Shown here: piece after piece, positions 23,876 through 33,832 of the stretch | How positions within the stretch are numbered: the first letter of the stretch is position 1 | Layout: every line of letters starts with the position of its first letter | From: an uncultured Candidatus Saccharibacteria bacterium | Lineage (GTDB): Bacteria > Patescibacteriota > Minisyncoccia > Portnoybacterales > UBA2143 | Direction of reading: 5' to 3' | Length of the DNA: 39,536 nucleotides | NCBI GenBank assembly: GCA_964650035.1 | Contig: CAZYSH010000003.1 | Location: 1-39,536, forward strand | Notes under the pieces: generated by a model | Databases searched by the model: none | The model's input: the letters and a program-made list of their open reading frames with translations, nothing else | Told to the model about the DNA's origin: nothing | Program-made: the position numbers and the translations under genes

Positions 23876-24334
23876 TTAAAGATTATTCTTGTTTTTTTCT
23901 ACAATAATAATTTTTATTTTAGCTTCTAAATTGTGAGGTAAATCGATATTTGCCTCATACTCACCTAATTCCTTTATCGGATTTTCTAATTTAATTTGTT
24001 CCTTTTTAATTTTAAATCCTAATTCTTTTAATTTTTCAGAAATTTGATTAGCTGTTATTGCGCCAAAAAGTTTTCCTTCTTCACTGATTTTAACTGAGAT
24101 TTCTACTTCTAAATCATCTAACTGGGTAGCTATTTTTTGAAACTGAACTAATTCTTCTTCGGCTTTTTGCGTCTCAAGAGCTTTTTGCTCTTCAATTTTA
24201 ATTATTTCTTCTTTGGTTGCCAAAGTAGCTTTTTTATTGGGAATTAAAAAATTACGGGCATAACCATTAGCCACTTCTTTGACCTCGCCTTTTTTACCCA
24301 ATTTTTCCATGTCTTCTAATAGAATAACTTTCAT
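23876..24334 (-). CDS. rplI: 50S ribosomal protein L9
   Basis: [32 protein letters not shown] matches the L9 N-terminal domain. Confidence 0.95.
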   Translation of the reverse strand: MKVILLEDMEKLGKKGEVKEVANGYARNFLIPNKKATLATKEEIIKIEEQKALETQKAEEELVQFQKIATQLDDLEVEISVKISEEGKLFGAITANQISEKLKELGFKIKKEQIKLENPIKELGEYEANIDLPHNLEAKIKIIIVEKNKNNL

Positions 24335-24357
24335 GATTCTTATAATTTACGTAGTGA

Positions 24358-24376
24358 TTGGGAGTCGCGCTTCCAA
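24358..24376. repeat. degenerate copy of the 19-nt palindrome (TTGGGAGT-CGC-GCTTCCAA)
   Basis: left arm canonical, right arm carries two substitutions; lies between acyP and rplI. Confidence 0.55.
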
Positions 24377-24382
24377 CCACTA

Positions 24383-24658
24383 TTAGTATTTTATATCAAA
24401 ATTATTAAATTGACCAGTTGCCTCCCTCCACTCAATATCTATTTTATCAACTTTGGCCAGCATAGGTCCATTATAACACCAATCAATCAACTTTTTCAAA
24501 TTTTCTTCTTCACCATCAGCCACTACTCGGACTGTTCCATCATCTTCATTCATAACCCAGCCAGTCAAACCAAGTTTCTTCGCTTGCCTTCTGACGGAAT
24601 CTCGATACATAACCATTTGCACCCGTCCATAAATTTTAAGATTAACTTGTTTATTCAT
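24383..24658 (-). CDS. acyP: acylphosphatase
   Basis: 91 aa; the YGRVQMVMYR and GWVMNEDDGTVRVVADG pattern matches acylphosphatases. Confidence 0.9.
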   Translation of the reverse strand: MNKQVNLKIYGRVQMVMYRDSVRRQAKKLGLTGWVMNEDDGTVRVVADGEEENLKKLIDWCYNGPMLAKVDKIDIEWREATGQFNNFDIKY

Positions 24659-24677
24659 TCTTCAACTTAGATGAGGG

Positions 24678-24696
24678 TTGGGAGTCACACTCCCAA
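24678..24696. repeat. 19-nt palindrome TTGGGAGT-CAC-ACTCCCAA, 19 nt upstream of the acyP ATG
   Basis: perfect 8-bp arms; between the ctp-like stop (24704) and the acyP start (24658). Confidence 0.85.
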
Positions 24697-24703
24697 TAAA
24701 ATA

Positions 24704-25900
24704 TTACTGCTTAAGTAATTCCAGGGCCTTGTTTAATTGTGGGTCGCGCATTTCATTAATATCCTCTCCGGTTATTTCTATTTCAAAATCAGGCGTTATT
24801 CCTTCATCAACAATACTAATACCGGCTGGAGTTTTCCATTTAGCCACTGTAATTTTAACGCTGGAACCACCTCTTAATTTTTCTAATTGTTGAACTGACC
24901 CCTTGCCAAAACTTTTCTGGCCGACAATTTTAATATCATTAATATCTCTTAAAGCGCCGGCTAAAATTTCTGAAGCAGAAGCAGAACCCTCATTAATTAA
25001 GACAACTACTGAAATATCTTCCAATCCGCTGTACCCTTTGCTTCGGTGTTCAATTTTATCTCCGTTGCCATAATCCTCAATCACTACCAATTCGCGCTTA
25101 GGCAGAAACCAACTGACAATATCAACCGCCACCTCCAAATAACCGCCTGGATTATTGCGAACATCTAAAACAAGACCCTCAACATCACTATTAATAATTT
25201 CCTTGACTGTTTTTCTGAACTGACCGGCTGAATTTTCAGTAAAATGATAGAATTGGATGTAAGCGATATTTCCTTCTTTTATTTCCCATTTAATAATTGG
25301 GATTTGAATGGTATTTCTAATGATTTCTATTTCTTTTGCCTTATCCCATTCATCACGGGCAATTAACAAAACAACTGGCGTTCCTTTTTTGCCTCTGATT
25401 AAATTAACCGCTTCGTCAAGAGTTAAGTCAGCTGTCAAAGTGTCATCTACCTTAAGAATTTTATCGCCTGCTTTTAGTCCGGCTTTTTGGGCTGGATTAC
25501 CTTCCAAAGGAGAAACAACTGTTAAGACACCCTTGCGAATGCCGACCTCTGCGCCAATCCCTTCAAAACTACCCTTAATATCATCTAAGAATCTTTTGCT
25601 GTCTTCCGGCTCCATAAAAACAGAATAAGGATCATTTAAAGAACTGAATAATCCGGAAATTGCTCCATAAACCATACTTTGACGGTCAAGCTCGCTCCGT
25701 TCAACATATTTTTTCTCAATTAAACGCCAGGCGTCCCAAAACAAGCTAAAATCAACTCCGATTGATTGACCAGCTTCTTTATTGGATAGCCCTTCAACTT
25801 TTTCAATTGAAGGCTGACTTTCCTGTCCGACAAAAAAACCAACTCCGAAAATAAGAGTAAAAATAATAATCCAAATTGGAATAGAAATATATTTTTTCAT
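24704..25900 (-). CDS. carboxyl-terminal processing protease (peptidase S41) with PDZ domain
   Basis: N-terminal TM helix, PDZ region (GNPAQKAGLKAGDKILKVD), catalytic GSASASEILAGAL and K motif. Confidence 0.9.
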   Translation of the reverse strand: MKKYISIPIWIIIFTLIFGVGFFVGQESQPSIEKVEGLSNKEAGQSIGVDFSLFWDAWRLIEKKYVERSELDRQSMVYGAISGLFSSLNDPYSVFMEPEDSKRFLDDIKGSFEGIGAEVGIRKGVLTVVSPLEGNPAQKAGLKAGDKILKVDDTLTADLTLDEAVNLIRGKKGTPVVLLIARDEWDKAKEIEIIRNTIQIPIIKWEIKEGNIAYIQFYHFTENSAGQFRKTVKEIINSDVEGLVLDVRNNPGGYLEVAVDIVSWFLPKRELVVIEDYGNGDKIEHRSKGYSGLEDISVVVLINEGSASASEILAGALRDINDIKIVGQKSFGKGSVQQLEKLRGGSSVKITVAKWKTPAGISIVDEGITPDFEIEITGEDINEMRDPQLNKALELLKQ

Positions 25901-25902
25901 TT

Positions 25903-26688
25903 TTATTTACGCCATTTCCAAAAATATTTAAAAGCGCTAATCAAATGGATGCGGGTATATTTATTAAATAAAATATCAAGGAAACCGCCCCATTTTTTAC
26001 TCACCCGATAATAATAATGAGACATTTGAGCGATTGGAAGATAAACTACCTGATAGCCATTTCGCCAAAAGCGGCGGCACCAATCAGTATCCTCTAAGTA
26101 CATAAAAAACCTTTCATCCATCAAACCAACTTTATCAATCGCTTTCCTGCGAACTAACATAGCTGAACCCTGCACCCAATCAACCGGTTTAGCCGAAGAA
26201 AAATCTTCGTCTTTCATTAAGAAGTACCTTATTTTCTTTTTACCCCAGCTTAATCTTTTTAAAAAGGTCCTTCGGGCAACAATAGCGCTGATAGTTGGAA
26301 AACGAAAACAAGAGACCTGGGGCTGATTACTAAAGGTTAATAATCGCGGGCCAATAATGCCAACTTCTGGATTCTCTTCCATATATTCAACCATCTGCTT
26401 GACTGTATCTTTAAGAATTAAGATATCAGCATTAAGAATTAAAATATATTCGCCTTTTGAAAACTTAATTCCTTTATTAACTAGTTTAGCATAGCCAACG
26501 TTTTTTGGAAAAGGGAGATATTTAACTTGAGGGAATTTTTCTTCAATTAACTCCCGAATGGATTTCCCCGCCTGACTGTCAGAAACAATAATCTCATAAT
26601 TCAAATCACCAACATTATCCTTAATTGACTTAAGGCAAAGCTTTAATAAGACCGGCGTCTGACAATGAGTAATAACAAAAGAAATCAT
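25903..26688 (-). CDS. family 2 glycosyltransferase
   Basis: GT2 fold pattern (SDSQAG..., ILNADI..., DWV.GSAMLVRR, EDTDWC). Confidence 0.85.
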   Translation of the reverse strand: MISFVITHCQTPVLLKLCLKSIKDNVGDLNYEIIVSDSQAGKSIRELIEEKFPQVKYLPFPKNVGYAKLVNKGIKFSKGEYILILNADILILKDTVKQMVEYMEENPEVGIIGPRLLTFSNQPQVSCFRFPTISAIVARRTFLKRLSWGKKKIRYFLMKDEDFSSAKPVDWVQGSAMLVRRKAIDKVGLMDERFFMYLEDTDWCRRFWRNGYQVVYLPIAQMSHYYYRVSKKWGGFLDILFNKYTRIHLISAFKYFWKWRK

Positions 26689-26703
26689 AGTTGTTCCAAA
26701 TGC

Positions 26704-27744
26704 TTAGTCTTTGGATAAAAAGATATTTTTACAAACCTCCTGAATCTTATCGAAATTATCTCCTGCCGGCACAAGAACATACTCTTCGTTAATAAAAGTA
26801 TGCTCAAGTAATCCCTGCGGACTAATATCAAATACTTGTTTCTTGATGTCTTCTTTATCTAAATTAGAAGATAACCCAATTAAATTACCCATCTCGGCCA
26901 AACTAATATCGGTCCGAACATTCTTACCTAATATACCTAAAAGATTATATATTTTAACCGGATTTGCCAAGACCCCTAAAGATAAGGCCTTTTCTTTAAT
27001 GGCCATTAAAACCTGGTGTTGCCGTCTCATCCTGTCAAAATCATTAGTTGAGTAACGTGAACGAACATAATAAAGAGTAGTTTGACCATCTAAATCATTA
27101 GTCCCGGTAGCTATATGGAAAACCCAACGTTCTTCTCCATCAATTTCTTTAATAAACCAATGTTCATCTTCTTCCCAGCCATCTTTAGCCCACTGGAAAC
27201 TTTCCTCAAATGACTTATCTAAATGTACAGTAATACTATCCAAAGCGTCAACTCCTTCTTCAAGCGCTTCAAAATTAACGCTGACCGCATAATCAATATA
27301 TAAGCCGGTTACTAAAGAAACAGTTTTCTTAGCGCAGTCCAAGCCGCCTTGAGCATAAGCAAAATTTATCTTTTTATTTTCTAAAGTACACCAAATTTTA
27401 ACATAGAGATCGCGAGGTAAAGAAATCAGAGCTATCTGGCCAGTATCTTTTTTAATACTAACTACCATAATGGCGTCAGAAAGCAATTTTCCTTCTCCAG
27501 GATCCTCTAATCCCCTAATTCCTAAAAGTAAAATATCAATCCTATTAGGATTATTTTTTGGTAACTCCGGTAAATCTTCTTCAAAAGGCAAAACATTATT
27601 TGCTCCTGTCCAATCAATTACTTGACTGATAGTAAAACTGGTTTTGAAAAAGAAAAGCGAAAAAAAGCCTACTAATAATAGAATGAAAACAAATAGCCAT
27701 AGTCGTCTTTTTTTCTTTGGTTTTGAATAAGATTCTTCTTCCAT
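26704..27744 (-). CDS. LytR-CpsA-Psr (LCP) family protein
   Basis: N-terminal TM helix; RIDILLLGIRG ... SDAIMVVSI ... ISLPRDLYV ... YVRSRY motifs. Confidence 0.88.
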   Translation of the reverse strand: MEEESYSKPKKKRRLWLFVFILLLVGFFSLFFFKTSFTISQVIDWTGANNVLPFEEDLPELPKNNPNRIDILLLGIRGLEDPGEGKLLSDAIMVVSIKKDTGQIALISLPRDLYVKIWCTLENKKINFAYAQGGLDCAKKTVSLVTGLYIDYAVSVNFEALEEGVDALDSITVHLDKSFEESFQWAKDGWEEDEHWFIKEIDGEERWVFHIATGTNDLDGQTTLYYVRSRYSTNDFDRMRRQHQVLMAIKEKALSLGVLANPVKIYNLLGILGKNVRTDISLAEMGNLIGLSSNLDKEDIKKQVFDISPQGLLEHTFINEEYVLVPAGDNFDKIQEVCKNIFLSKD

Positions 27745-27763
27745 TGTAGTTTTGTAATCATTC

Positions 27764-27855
27764 TGTCATTCTGAGCGTTAGCGAAGAATCTCTCATGAAT
27801 GCGAAAATAGTTTTCTGACATTCGTCAGAGATTCTTCACTTCGTTCAGAATGACA
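27764..27855. repeat. nested palindrome with GTCATTCTGAGCG...AGCGAAGAATCTC-type arms
   Basis: arms 27764-27793 / 27827-27855 (imperfect); inner hairpin GAATG-CGAAAA-TAG-TTTTC-TGA-CATTC. Confidence 0.85.
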
Positions 27856-27925
27856 ATAAGATTCTTCATCCCGCAATACTGTGGGATGACAATTTATTTA
27901 CCAAATCAGAGATTTGGATAAATTG

Positions 27926-28984
27926 TCACTTAAACCACCTGCTCATTTCCTTAACGCTTGCTTTCTTATTCTTCATAATTATCTTTCTTTTTCGCCAAGC
28001 CAAAGGCATTTGCTTAAATAAGTCCTTAATTGCTTTCCAAGTATATCTTTCAAACAATAAAACATATATCCAAGAACAAATTTCTTTAGGTAAAAACCAT
28101 AACGAATGCTTTAGTAAAATTTTTAGTTGTTCATTTTTAATTTGTAATAAACGTTGATTTTTAAAAGATAAATATTTGCCAAATTTACCTATTTTTAATC
28201 TTTCCTGAATAATACTGAAATAATTTTTGGCGGCGCTTTCTCCCGATGTCCGGTCATGATAAGCAATTGTTTTGGGTTGATAAAATGCTTTCCAGCCGTA
28301 AAGCCGCAAACGCCAAGCCAAATCAACATCTTCCTTATAGGCAAAAAAATCTTCATCAAAATATTCACCAAAATCACTCAAATCTTTGATTTGATTGTGA
28401 TTTTGAATGTCCGTCCTCTGGCGGACTGCCAATTTAATATCTTCCAGCGCTTTTCTCCGATAAACTGGCGCCGCTCCATCTGCTCCAAAAATTTCTTTGA
28501 CTTTCTCAAATTGCCCTTTGTTAATTTGCCCCTGACCTTGGTTAATAATCCTTCTGTTCTTCAGTATAACTAATCCAGTTGTGTCAATATATTCTTTTCG
28601 CCACTGTAATAGCTTTCCCTGAACAGTCGCTATTTTCTCATCGTTATTAAACAATTTAACTGCTTCTTTAATAAAATTTTTATCCAAAATAATATCCTGA
28701 TTAAGACAAAGTACGAATTCTCCCCTACTTTCTTTAATAATTTGATTATGGCCGGCGGCAAAACCAATATTTTTAGAATAAAAGCCGATAATTCTTAAAT
28801 TAGCGCGCCTGTTTTTAATTTCTTTTAAATATTCAACCGTCCTATCGGTTGAGCCGTTATCTAACGCTAAAACCTCTATATTAGGATAGGTTTGTTTAAA
28901 AACCGACTCCAAACAGCCTTGAATATATTTTTGGCCATTCCAGCTAAGAAGATTTATTGAAACTAAGGGATAATTTTGCCCCAT
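27926..28984 (-). CDS. family 2 glycosyltransferase (rhamnosyltransferase-like)
   Basis: VSINLLSWNG start, LDNGSTD, QDIILD and EDVDLAWRL motifs. Confidence 0.85.
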   Translation of the reverse strand: MGQNYPLVSINLLSWNGQKYIQGCLESVFKQTYPNIEVLALDNGSTDRTVEYLKEIKNRRANLRIIGFYSKNIGFAAGHNQIIKESRGEFVLCLNQDIILDKNFIKEAVKLFNNDEKIATVQGKLLQWRKEYIDTTGLVILKNRRIINQGQGQINKGQFEKVKEIFGADGAAPVYRRKALEDIKLAVRQRTDIQNHNQIKDLSDFGEYFDEDFFAYKEDVDLAWRLRLYGWKAFYQPKTIAYHDRTSGESAAKNYFSIIQERLKIGKFGKYLSFKNQRLLQIKNEQLKILLKHSLWFLPKEICSWIYVLLFERYTWKAIKDLFKQMPLAWRKRKIIMKNKKASVKEMSRWFK

Positions 28985-30575
28985 ATAAAATACCTAAATT
29001 AGAAACAAAAAATAAAAGGACCTTGTCATTAAGAAGGACCACATCAAATAAACTATAACCTAAAATCCAAATCAAAGCAAATACAAAAAAACCGGCCCAG
29101 ACACGAAAAAAAGAATTCTTGCTTTTAGTAAAAACTCTCCAGGCATCTCTGAAAATATACCAACAAATAGCTAATAAAATCAGTAAACCAAAAACTCCTA
29201 TTTCAGCCGCAAAGTCCAGATATAAACTATGAGCGGAAGAACCTCTTTTAGCGGCGGATAATTCTTCGTTAAGAACTGTTGGGAAGTTGCCTATACCTAC
29301 TCCTAACCAAGGATGCAGAATAATTGAATCAATTGTCCGACGCCAAATTTCTAACCGGCTTTTAACTGATATTTCGGAGAAATCAATGATACTTTTTGCT
29401 CTTTCAAAAAAGGAAACTCCCATAGTCGCTTCTTGGCCCAATTGAATATATTGGGGTAAGAAAAGAATGGTTGAAGCAATCGGAAATAAAACAAAAAAGA
29501 GAATTAAGCTACCTAAAATTAAATAGATTTGCCGACGCCAACTTTTATAAAATCTGGGAATAAAAAAATTTGTATAAGAGCGGATGGTTGGCGAATAGCG
29601 CAGAAAGACAATAAAAATAATTGTTAAAAAAGAAATAATTGCGCCGGCCCAAGCGCCACGGGAACCGGAAAAAATAACAGCCAAGAAACAAATAATTAAC
29701 AATAAATAATAAATAATTGTTTTAAAGGCATGATTTTTTATCGCCGAATAAGATTTTTTTGCCGGTCGTAAAAAAATTAAACTTAAGAAAAAAGTTAGAG
29801 ACAAAATAGAGAAAAAAGCAAAAGAATGAGAATCCGGGAAAACAGAAAACATTCTTAAAGTCGGCAGTTGGAAAGAATAATATGAAAACCAAGTATTACT
29901 ATAAGACAAAAGATTGCTTAAATTCTGCCCATAATAAACATTAATAATATGCCTGTCCCACCAATACCAAAATTGATGTAAATTCATAAAAAAGACCATA
30001 ATTAACTGAATAAAACCAACACCTAAGGCAATACCAACAGCCGTTTTAAGCGCGCTGATAACTTTATCAAGAACCTTTTTATTCTTAGCGGCTATATTTC
30101 TAATAATAATATAAATAAGAAAAGCGTTAACTAAAAATATAATTTTCTTTAAGCCAATCCAAAAATTATCAGCAACTAAAAGCGATAAAAACATAATCAA
30201 GACCAAAATACCCATTAAATGTTCTGCCCGATAATGTTTAAAGTTTTCTCTTAATTTCCACAATCCTAATTTATCTTTGGCCAATCTAACTGAAATACCT
30301 TGTTTAAAAAACAAAACTAAAAATAAAACAATTGATAAAATCCGCCAATTAGCCAAAGTATCAAATCCTTCCCTGATTGGCAAAGCAATAAATAAAGGAA
30401 TTGAAGCGATGAAGACCCATAATGAATCTTCCAAGGGACTAAAAATAAAATAGAAAATCATCAAACCAGTCAAAAACCAACTTGCTTCCCGAGGTAAAAC
30501 ATTAAAAATCATCAAAAAAATAACCGCAAATTCGGTTAAAATAATTGTAATGTTTTTAATCATTGATTCCTTCAT
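28944..30575 (-). CDS. O-antigen ligase/polymerase-like (Wzy_C domain) membrane protein
   Basis: at least 10 hydrophobic segments; FSGSRGAWAG loop motif, as found in the O-antigen ligase family; overlaps the downstream GT2 start by 41 nt. Confidence 0.8.
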   Translation of the reverse strand: MKESMIKNITIILTEFAVIFLMIFNVLPREASWFLTGLMIFYFIFSPLEDSLWVFIASIPLFIALPIREGFDTLANWRILSIVLFLVLFFKQGISVRLAKDKLGLWKLRENFKHYRAEHLMGILVLIMFLSLLVADNFWIGLKKIIFLVNAFLIYIIIRNIAAKNKKVLDKVISALKTAVGIALGVGFIQLIMVFFMNLHQFWYWWDRHIINVYYGQNLSNLLSYSNTWFSYYSFQLPTLRMFSVFPDSHSFAFFSILSLTFFLSLIFLRPAKKSYSAIKNHAFKTIIYYLLLIICFLAVIFSGSRGAWAGAIISFLTIIFIVFLRYSPTIRSYTNFFIPRFYKSWRRQIYLILGSLILFFVLFPIASTILFLPQYIQLGQEATMGVSFFERAKSIIDFSEISVKSRLEIWRRTIDSIILHPWLGVGIGNFPTVLNEELSAAKRGSSAHSLYLDFAAEIGVFGLLILLAICWYIFRDAWRVFTKSKNSFFRVWAGFFVFALIWILGYSLFDVVLLNDKVLLFFVSNLGILYGAKLSLSFNKSS

Positions 30576-30590
30576 TTTATTAATATCTTA

Positions 30591-30727
30591 AGGTAAGGAA
30601 TATACTTTTCAGCTACGCAAATTTCCCCAGCGAGTAAATTTGCTGCCTGAAATGCTCGCTCTTTTTGCTTCGCAAAAAACCATGCCCGCTCGCATTTCTA
30701 GGCCGCTGAAAAACATATTCCTTACCT
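30591..30727. repeat. palindromic element family 1, copy C
   Basis: arms 30591-30613 / 30705-30727 (two mismatches); the 91-nt core 30614-30704 differs from copy A at only 2 positions. Confidence 0.9.
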
Positions 30728-30741
30728 ATTATCTGTCTTGT

Positions 30742-32025
30742 TTAATATCCCTTTAGTCGTTTTGAGGCATCGTGCTGGCGCATTCTTTCTAATGCCTTGG
30801 CTTCAATTTGCCTGATTCGTTCGCGAGTAACTCCGAACTCCTGACCAACTTCTTCTAAGGTATGAGTTACTCCGTCTCGCAAACCAAACCTCATTTCCAA
30901 AATCTTTTGTTCTCGAGGGGATAAATCAACTAAAATCTCTTCCAGCCGCTTTTGCAATAATTTTCTGGCCGCTGATTGAGAAGGAGAAATTGTTTTCTTA
31001 TCTTCAACAAATTCTCTCAAACTGCTTTCTTCTTCATCGTCGCCGACCGGCGCTTCCAAAGAAATTGTTTCTTGGGATATTTTAACAATTTGCCTGACCT
31101 TATCAATACTCTCCCCCATCTCTGTCGCAATCTCTTCAGCTAAAGGTTCTCTGCCCAGGTCCTGTAAAAGCCGACGTTTAACCTGAATGTATTTACTAAT
31201 TGTTTCTACCATATGAACCGGAATGCGAATAGTTCTCGCTTGGTCAGCCAAAGCTCGGGTAATGGCTTGTCTAATCCACCAAGTAGCGTAAGTAGAAAAT
31301 TTATAACCCTTATGATAATCAAATTTCTCTACTGCTTTAAAAAGACCAATATTCCCTTCCTGGATTAAATCAAGCAAGCTTAAATTGCGGCTCCGACCAA
31401 TATATCTTTTGGCAATACTGACTACCAGCCGCAGATTAGCCTGAGTCAATTTTTGCCTTGACTCTTCATCCCCCTGCTCAATCCCTTTAGCTAATTTAAC
31501 CTCCTCTTGAGCGGTTAATAAAGGAATGCGGCCAATTTCCCGTAAATACATTTGAACATTATCAAATGTTTCCAACCGAAGAGACGTTTTCTCTTTAGTT
31601 ATTTTCTTTTTTCCTTCTTCTGGCATTTCTAAAAACTCAACTGATTCAATCACTTTAATATTATTCTCTCTTAATTGGTCATAAGCTTTTTCCAGTCCAG
31701 TAATATCTTCCTCTATTTTAGGAATTAATTTAAGCAATTCTGTTTCAGTAACAAATCCCCTTTCTCTACCTCGGTTAATTAACTGCTCAATCTTTTCTTC
31801 GGTAATTAAATCCTTTTTTCTGGTTCTGGTCGCTCTCTTAACTGTTCTTTTTTTGGCTGCCTTAGGAACGGTTCTAACTTTTCTTTTAGCCGTTTTTTTT
31901 ATTGTCTGTCTTTTTACTGTCTTCCTTTTAACTGGAGTTCGAGGTTTTCTTTTAACAACTCTTTTTGGCCGCCGAGTTCGGGCAGTTTTTTTAGTTTTAG
32001 TTGTAGTAGTTTTTTTTCTAGGCAT
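30742..32025 (-). CDS. rpoD: primary sigma factor RpoD with Lys/Arg-rich N-terminal extension
   Basis: regions 1.2-4 recognisable ([48 protein letters not shown]); ATG at 32025 with GAGGAG upstream preferred over the GTG at 32043. Confidence 0.93.
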   Translation of the reverse strand: MPRKKTTTTKTKKTARTRRPKRVVKRKPRTPVKRKTVKRQTIKKTAKRKVRTVPKAAKKRTVKRATRTRKKDLITEEKIEQLINRGRERGFVTETELLKLIPKIEEDITGLEKAYDQLRENNIKVIESVEFLEMPEEGKKKITKEKTSLRLETFDNVQMYLREIGRIPLLTAQEEVKLAKGIEQGDEESRQKLTQANLRLVVSIAKRYIGRSRNLSLLDLIQEGNIGLFKAVEKFDYHKGYKFSTYATWWIRQAITRALADQARTIRIPVHMVETISKYIQVKRRLLQDLGREPLAEEIATEMGESIDKVRQIVKISQETISLEAPVGDDEEESSLREFVEDKKTISPSQSAARKLLQKRLEEILVDLSPREQKILEMRFGLRDGVTHTLEEVGQEFGVTRERIRQIEAKALERMRQHDASKRLKGY

Positions 32026-32050
32026 ATTATAAATACTCCTCACGAACTTC

Positions 32051-33832
32051 TTATGAAATAATTTGTTTAGTTAATTTATTAAATTCTTGAGTTAATTTTT
32101 TAACTGAAGATTTATCTTTTTTGTCTTCTGCTTCCTGAATAAATAGATTCAATTCATTAAGTTTTTTTTGTAAATAGCGTTTCTTTAACTGATTAAAACA
32201 GAATTTAATCTCTTTGTCCGGCTCAAATTCATCAGTCAAACTTTTCTGCGCTTCCGCTTTAAAAGCAAGCTCATCTACTAAATTAGCCAAATGAACAGGC
32301 AGATTTTTCTTAAAATTATTCAAATTGATTTTCTTCCCCTTATTTCTCTTTAAATTATCAAATATCTTTTCTAAGTCCGGCTGGCTGAATAAATAACAGG
32401 CCTCTTTTTTACATTGTTTAAAGCTATTATCATTCGTCAAAGCCAAACCTAAAGCATATTCCTCAAGATTACAATCTTTTCTATTTGGAAGCCGGGCTTC
32501 TAAATCAGCGTCTGAATTCAGAATCCCAGGCCGCAAATCAACGTCTTTTATCTTTCCCATTTCTTCTGTTAAAATCGCTTCCTGGACTTTTAATTGCCCG
32601 GCCAGCTTTTGTAGCCAATGCGCCTGTTCAACTTTATTAGAAATCTTTTTAATCATTGGCAGAACAATTTTGCTGATTTCTTTCTTGCCTTCAACTGTCT
32701 CTGGATTATTCCTGGCCAAAGCGCCGGATAAATAGAACTCCATTAGATTTTGGGCTTGTTCAATTGATTTAGACCAAAGTGATTCGCTTTTTTGAATATA
32801 TTTAGCTGGATCCTGATGAGCCGGCAAACTAATCACTTTAGTATTAAAACCAAATTGCAAAGCTGAATCAATTCCCCGTTTGGTTGCTGTTTCTCCGGCA
32901 AAATCAGTATCAAAAGCCATCAGTAGGTTTTCAGTATAACGTTTAATAATTTTTAATTGTTGTTCAGTCAAAGCGGTGCCCGAACTGGCTATCGTATTAG
33001 CAGAACCCGCCTGATGAGACATAATTACATCTGTCTGACCTTCAACTAATATACAAAAATCATTCTTTTTAAGAGCTAGTTTGGCTCTATCTAAACCGTA
33101 CAAGACACGGCTTTTATCATAAATTAAAGTATTGGGCGTATTAATGTACTTACCCATTCGGCTATCTGGCTGCTCAGGATTTTCCCTGCCGGTAAATCCA
33201 ACCACTATTCCATTAATATCTCTGATTGGGAAAATAATTCTATCACGAAACCTGTCATAGTATTTATCCTGAATATTCTTTTCTGTTTCAATAATCAAAC
33301 CGGCCTTTAAAATTTCACCCTCCGGATATCCCCTACTCTTTAAAAAATTTAACAAAGAACGCCATTGATTAGGCGCGTAACCAATCTGCCAATCTTTAAT
33401 TGTTATTGCTTTTAAGCCACGACTAATTAAATATTTTTGTATTTGTTCGCCTGTTTTACTGGCTTCTAATTGTTTAATAAAAAAACGATTGGCTAAATCA
33501 CAAATTTCATAAAGTCGGGTTCTTTCTGTTTTTAATTTAGGGTCTATTTTTTTTAATTCTATCCCGGCTCGTTGAGCTAATATTTTTAAAGCATCGCCAA
33601 ACTCCACTCCCTCCATTTCCATAATAAAGTCAAAAATTGAACCTCCTTTGCCGCAACCAAAACAACGCCATAACTGCCTTTCCGGCGAAACCATAAAAGA
33701 AGGGGTTTTTTCTGAATGAAAAGGACAGGAGGCCTTGTAATTGCGCCCTGCTTTCTGCAAACGGATATATCCGCTAATCACATCAATCACATCTAATCTA
33801 TTTCTAATTTCATCTACTGGAGAACTATTCAT
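32051..33832 (-). CDS. dnaG: DNA primase DnaG
   Basis: zinc ribbon [11 protein letters not shown]...CFGCG, TOPRIM ([14 protein letters not shown]); precedes rpoD in the classic arrangement. Confidence 0.95.
   Translation of the reverse strand: MNSSPVDEIRNRLDVIDVISGYIRLQKAGRNYKASCPFHSEKTPSFMVSPERQLWRCFGCGKGGSIFDFIMEMEGVEFGDALKILAQRAGIELKKIDPKLKTERTRLYEICDLANRFFIKQLEASKTGEQIQKYLISRGLKAITIKDWQIGYAPNQWRSLLNFLKSRGYPEGEILKAGLIIETEKNIQDKYYDRFRDRIIFPIRDINGIVVGFTGRENPEQPDSRMGKYINTPNTLIYDKSRVLYGLDRAKLALKKNDFCILVEGQTDVIMSHQAGSANTIASSGTALTEQQLKIIKRYTENLLMAFDTDFAGETATKRGIDSALQFGFNTKVISLPAHQDPAKYIQKSESLWSKSIEQAQNLMEFYLSGALARNNPETVEGKKEISKIVLPMIKKISNKVEQAHWLQKLAGQLKVQEAILTEEMGKIKDVDLRPGILNSDADLEARLPNRKDCNLEEYALGLALTNDNSFKQCKKEACYLFSQPDLEKIFDNLKRNKGKKINLNNFKKNLPVHLANLVDELAFKAEAQKSLTDEFEPDKEIKFCFNQLKKRYLQKKLNELNLFIQEAEDKKDKSSVKKLTQEFNKLTKQIIS

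Noticed and set aside
10243-30727. Repeated elements as a CRISPR array
   Set aside because: The copies are kilobases apart and separated by housekeeping genes, not by regular short spacers. No cas genes are present. The Cas4-like nuclease at 20086-21249 is a stand-alone PD-(D/E)XK protein.
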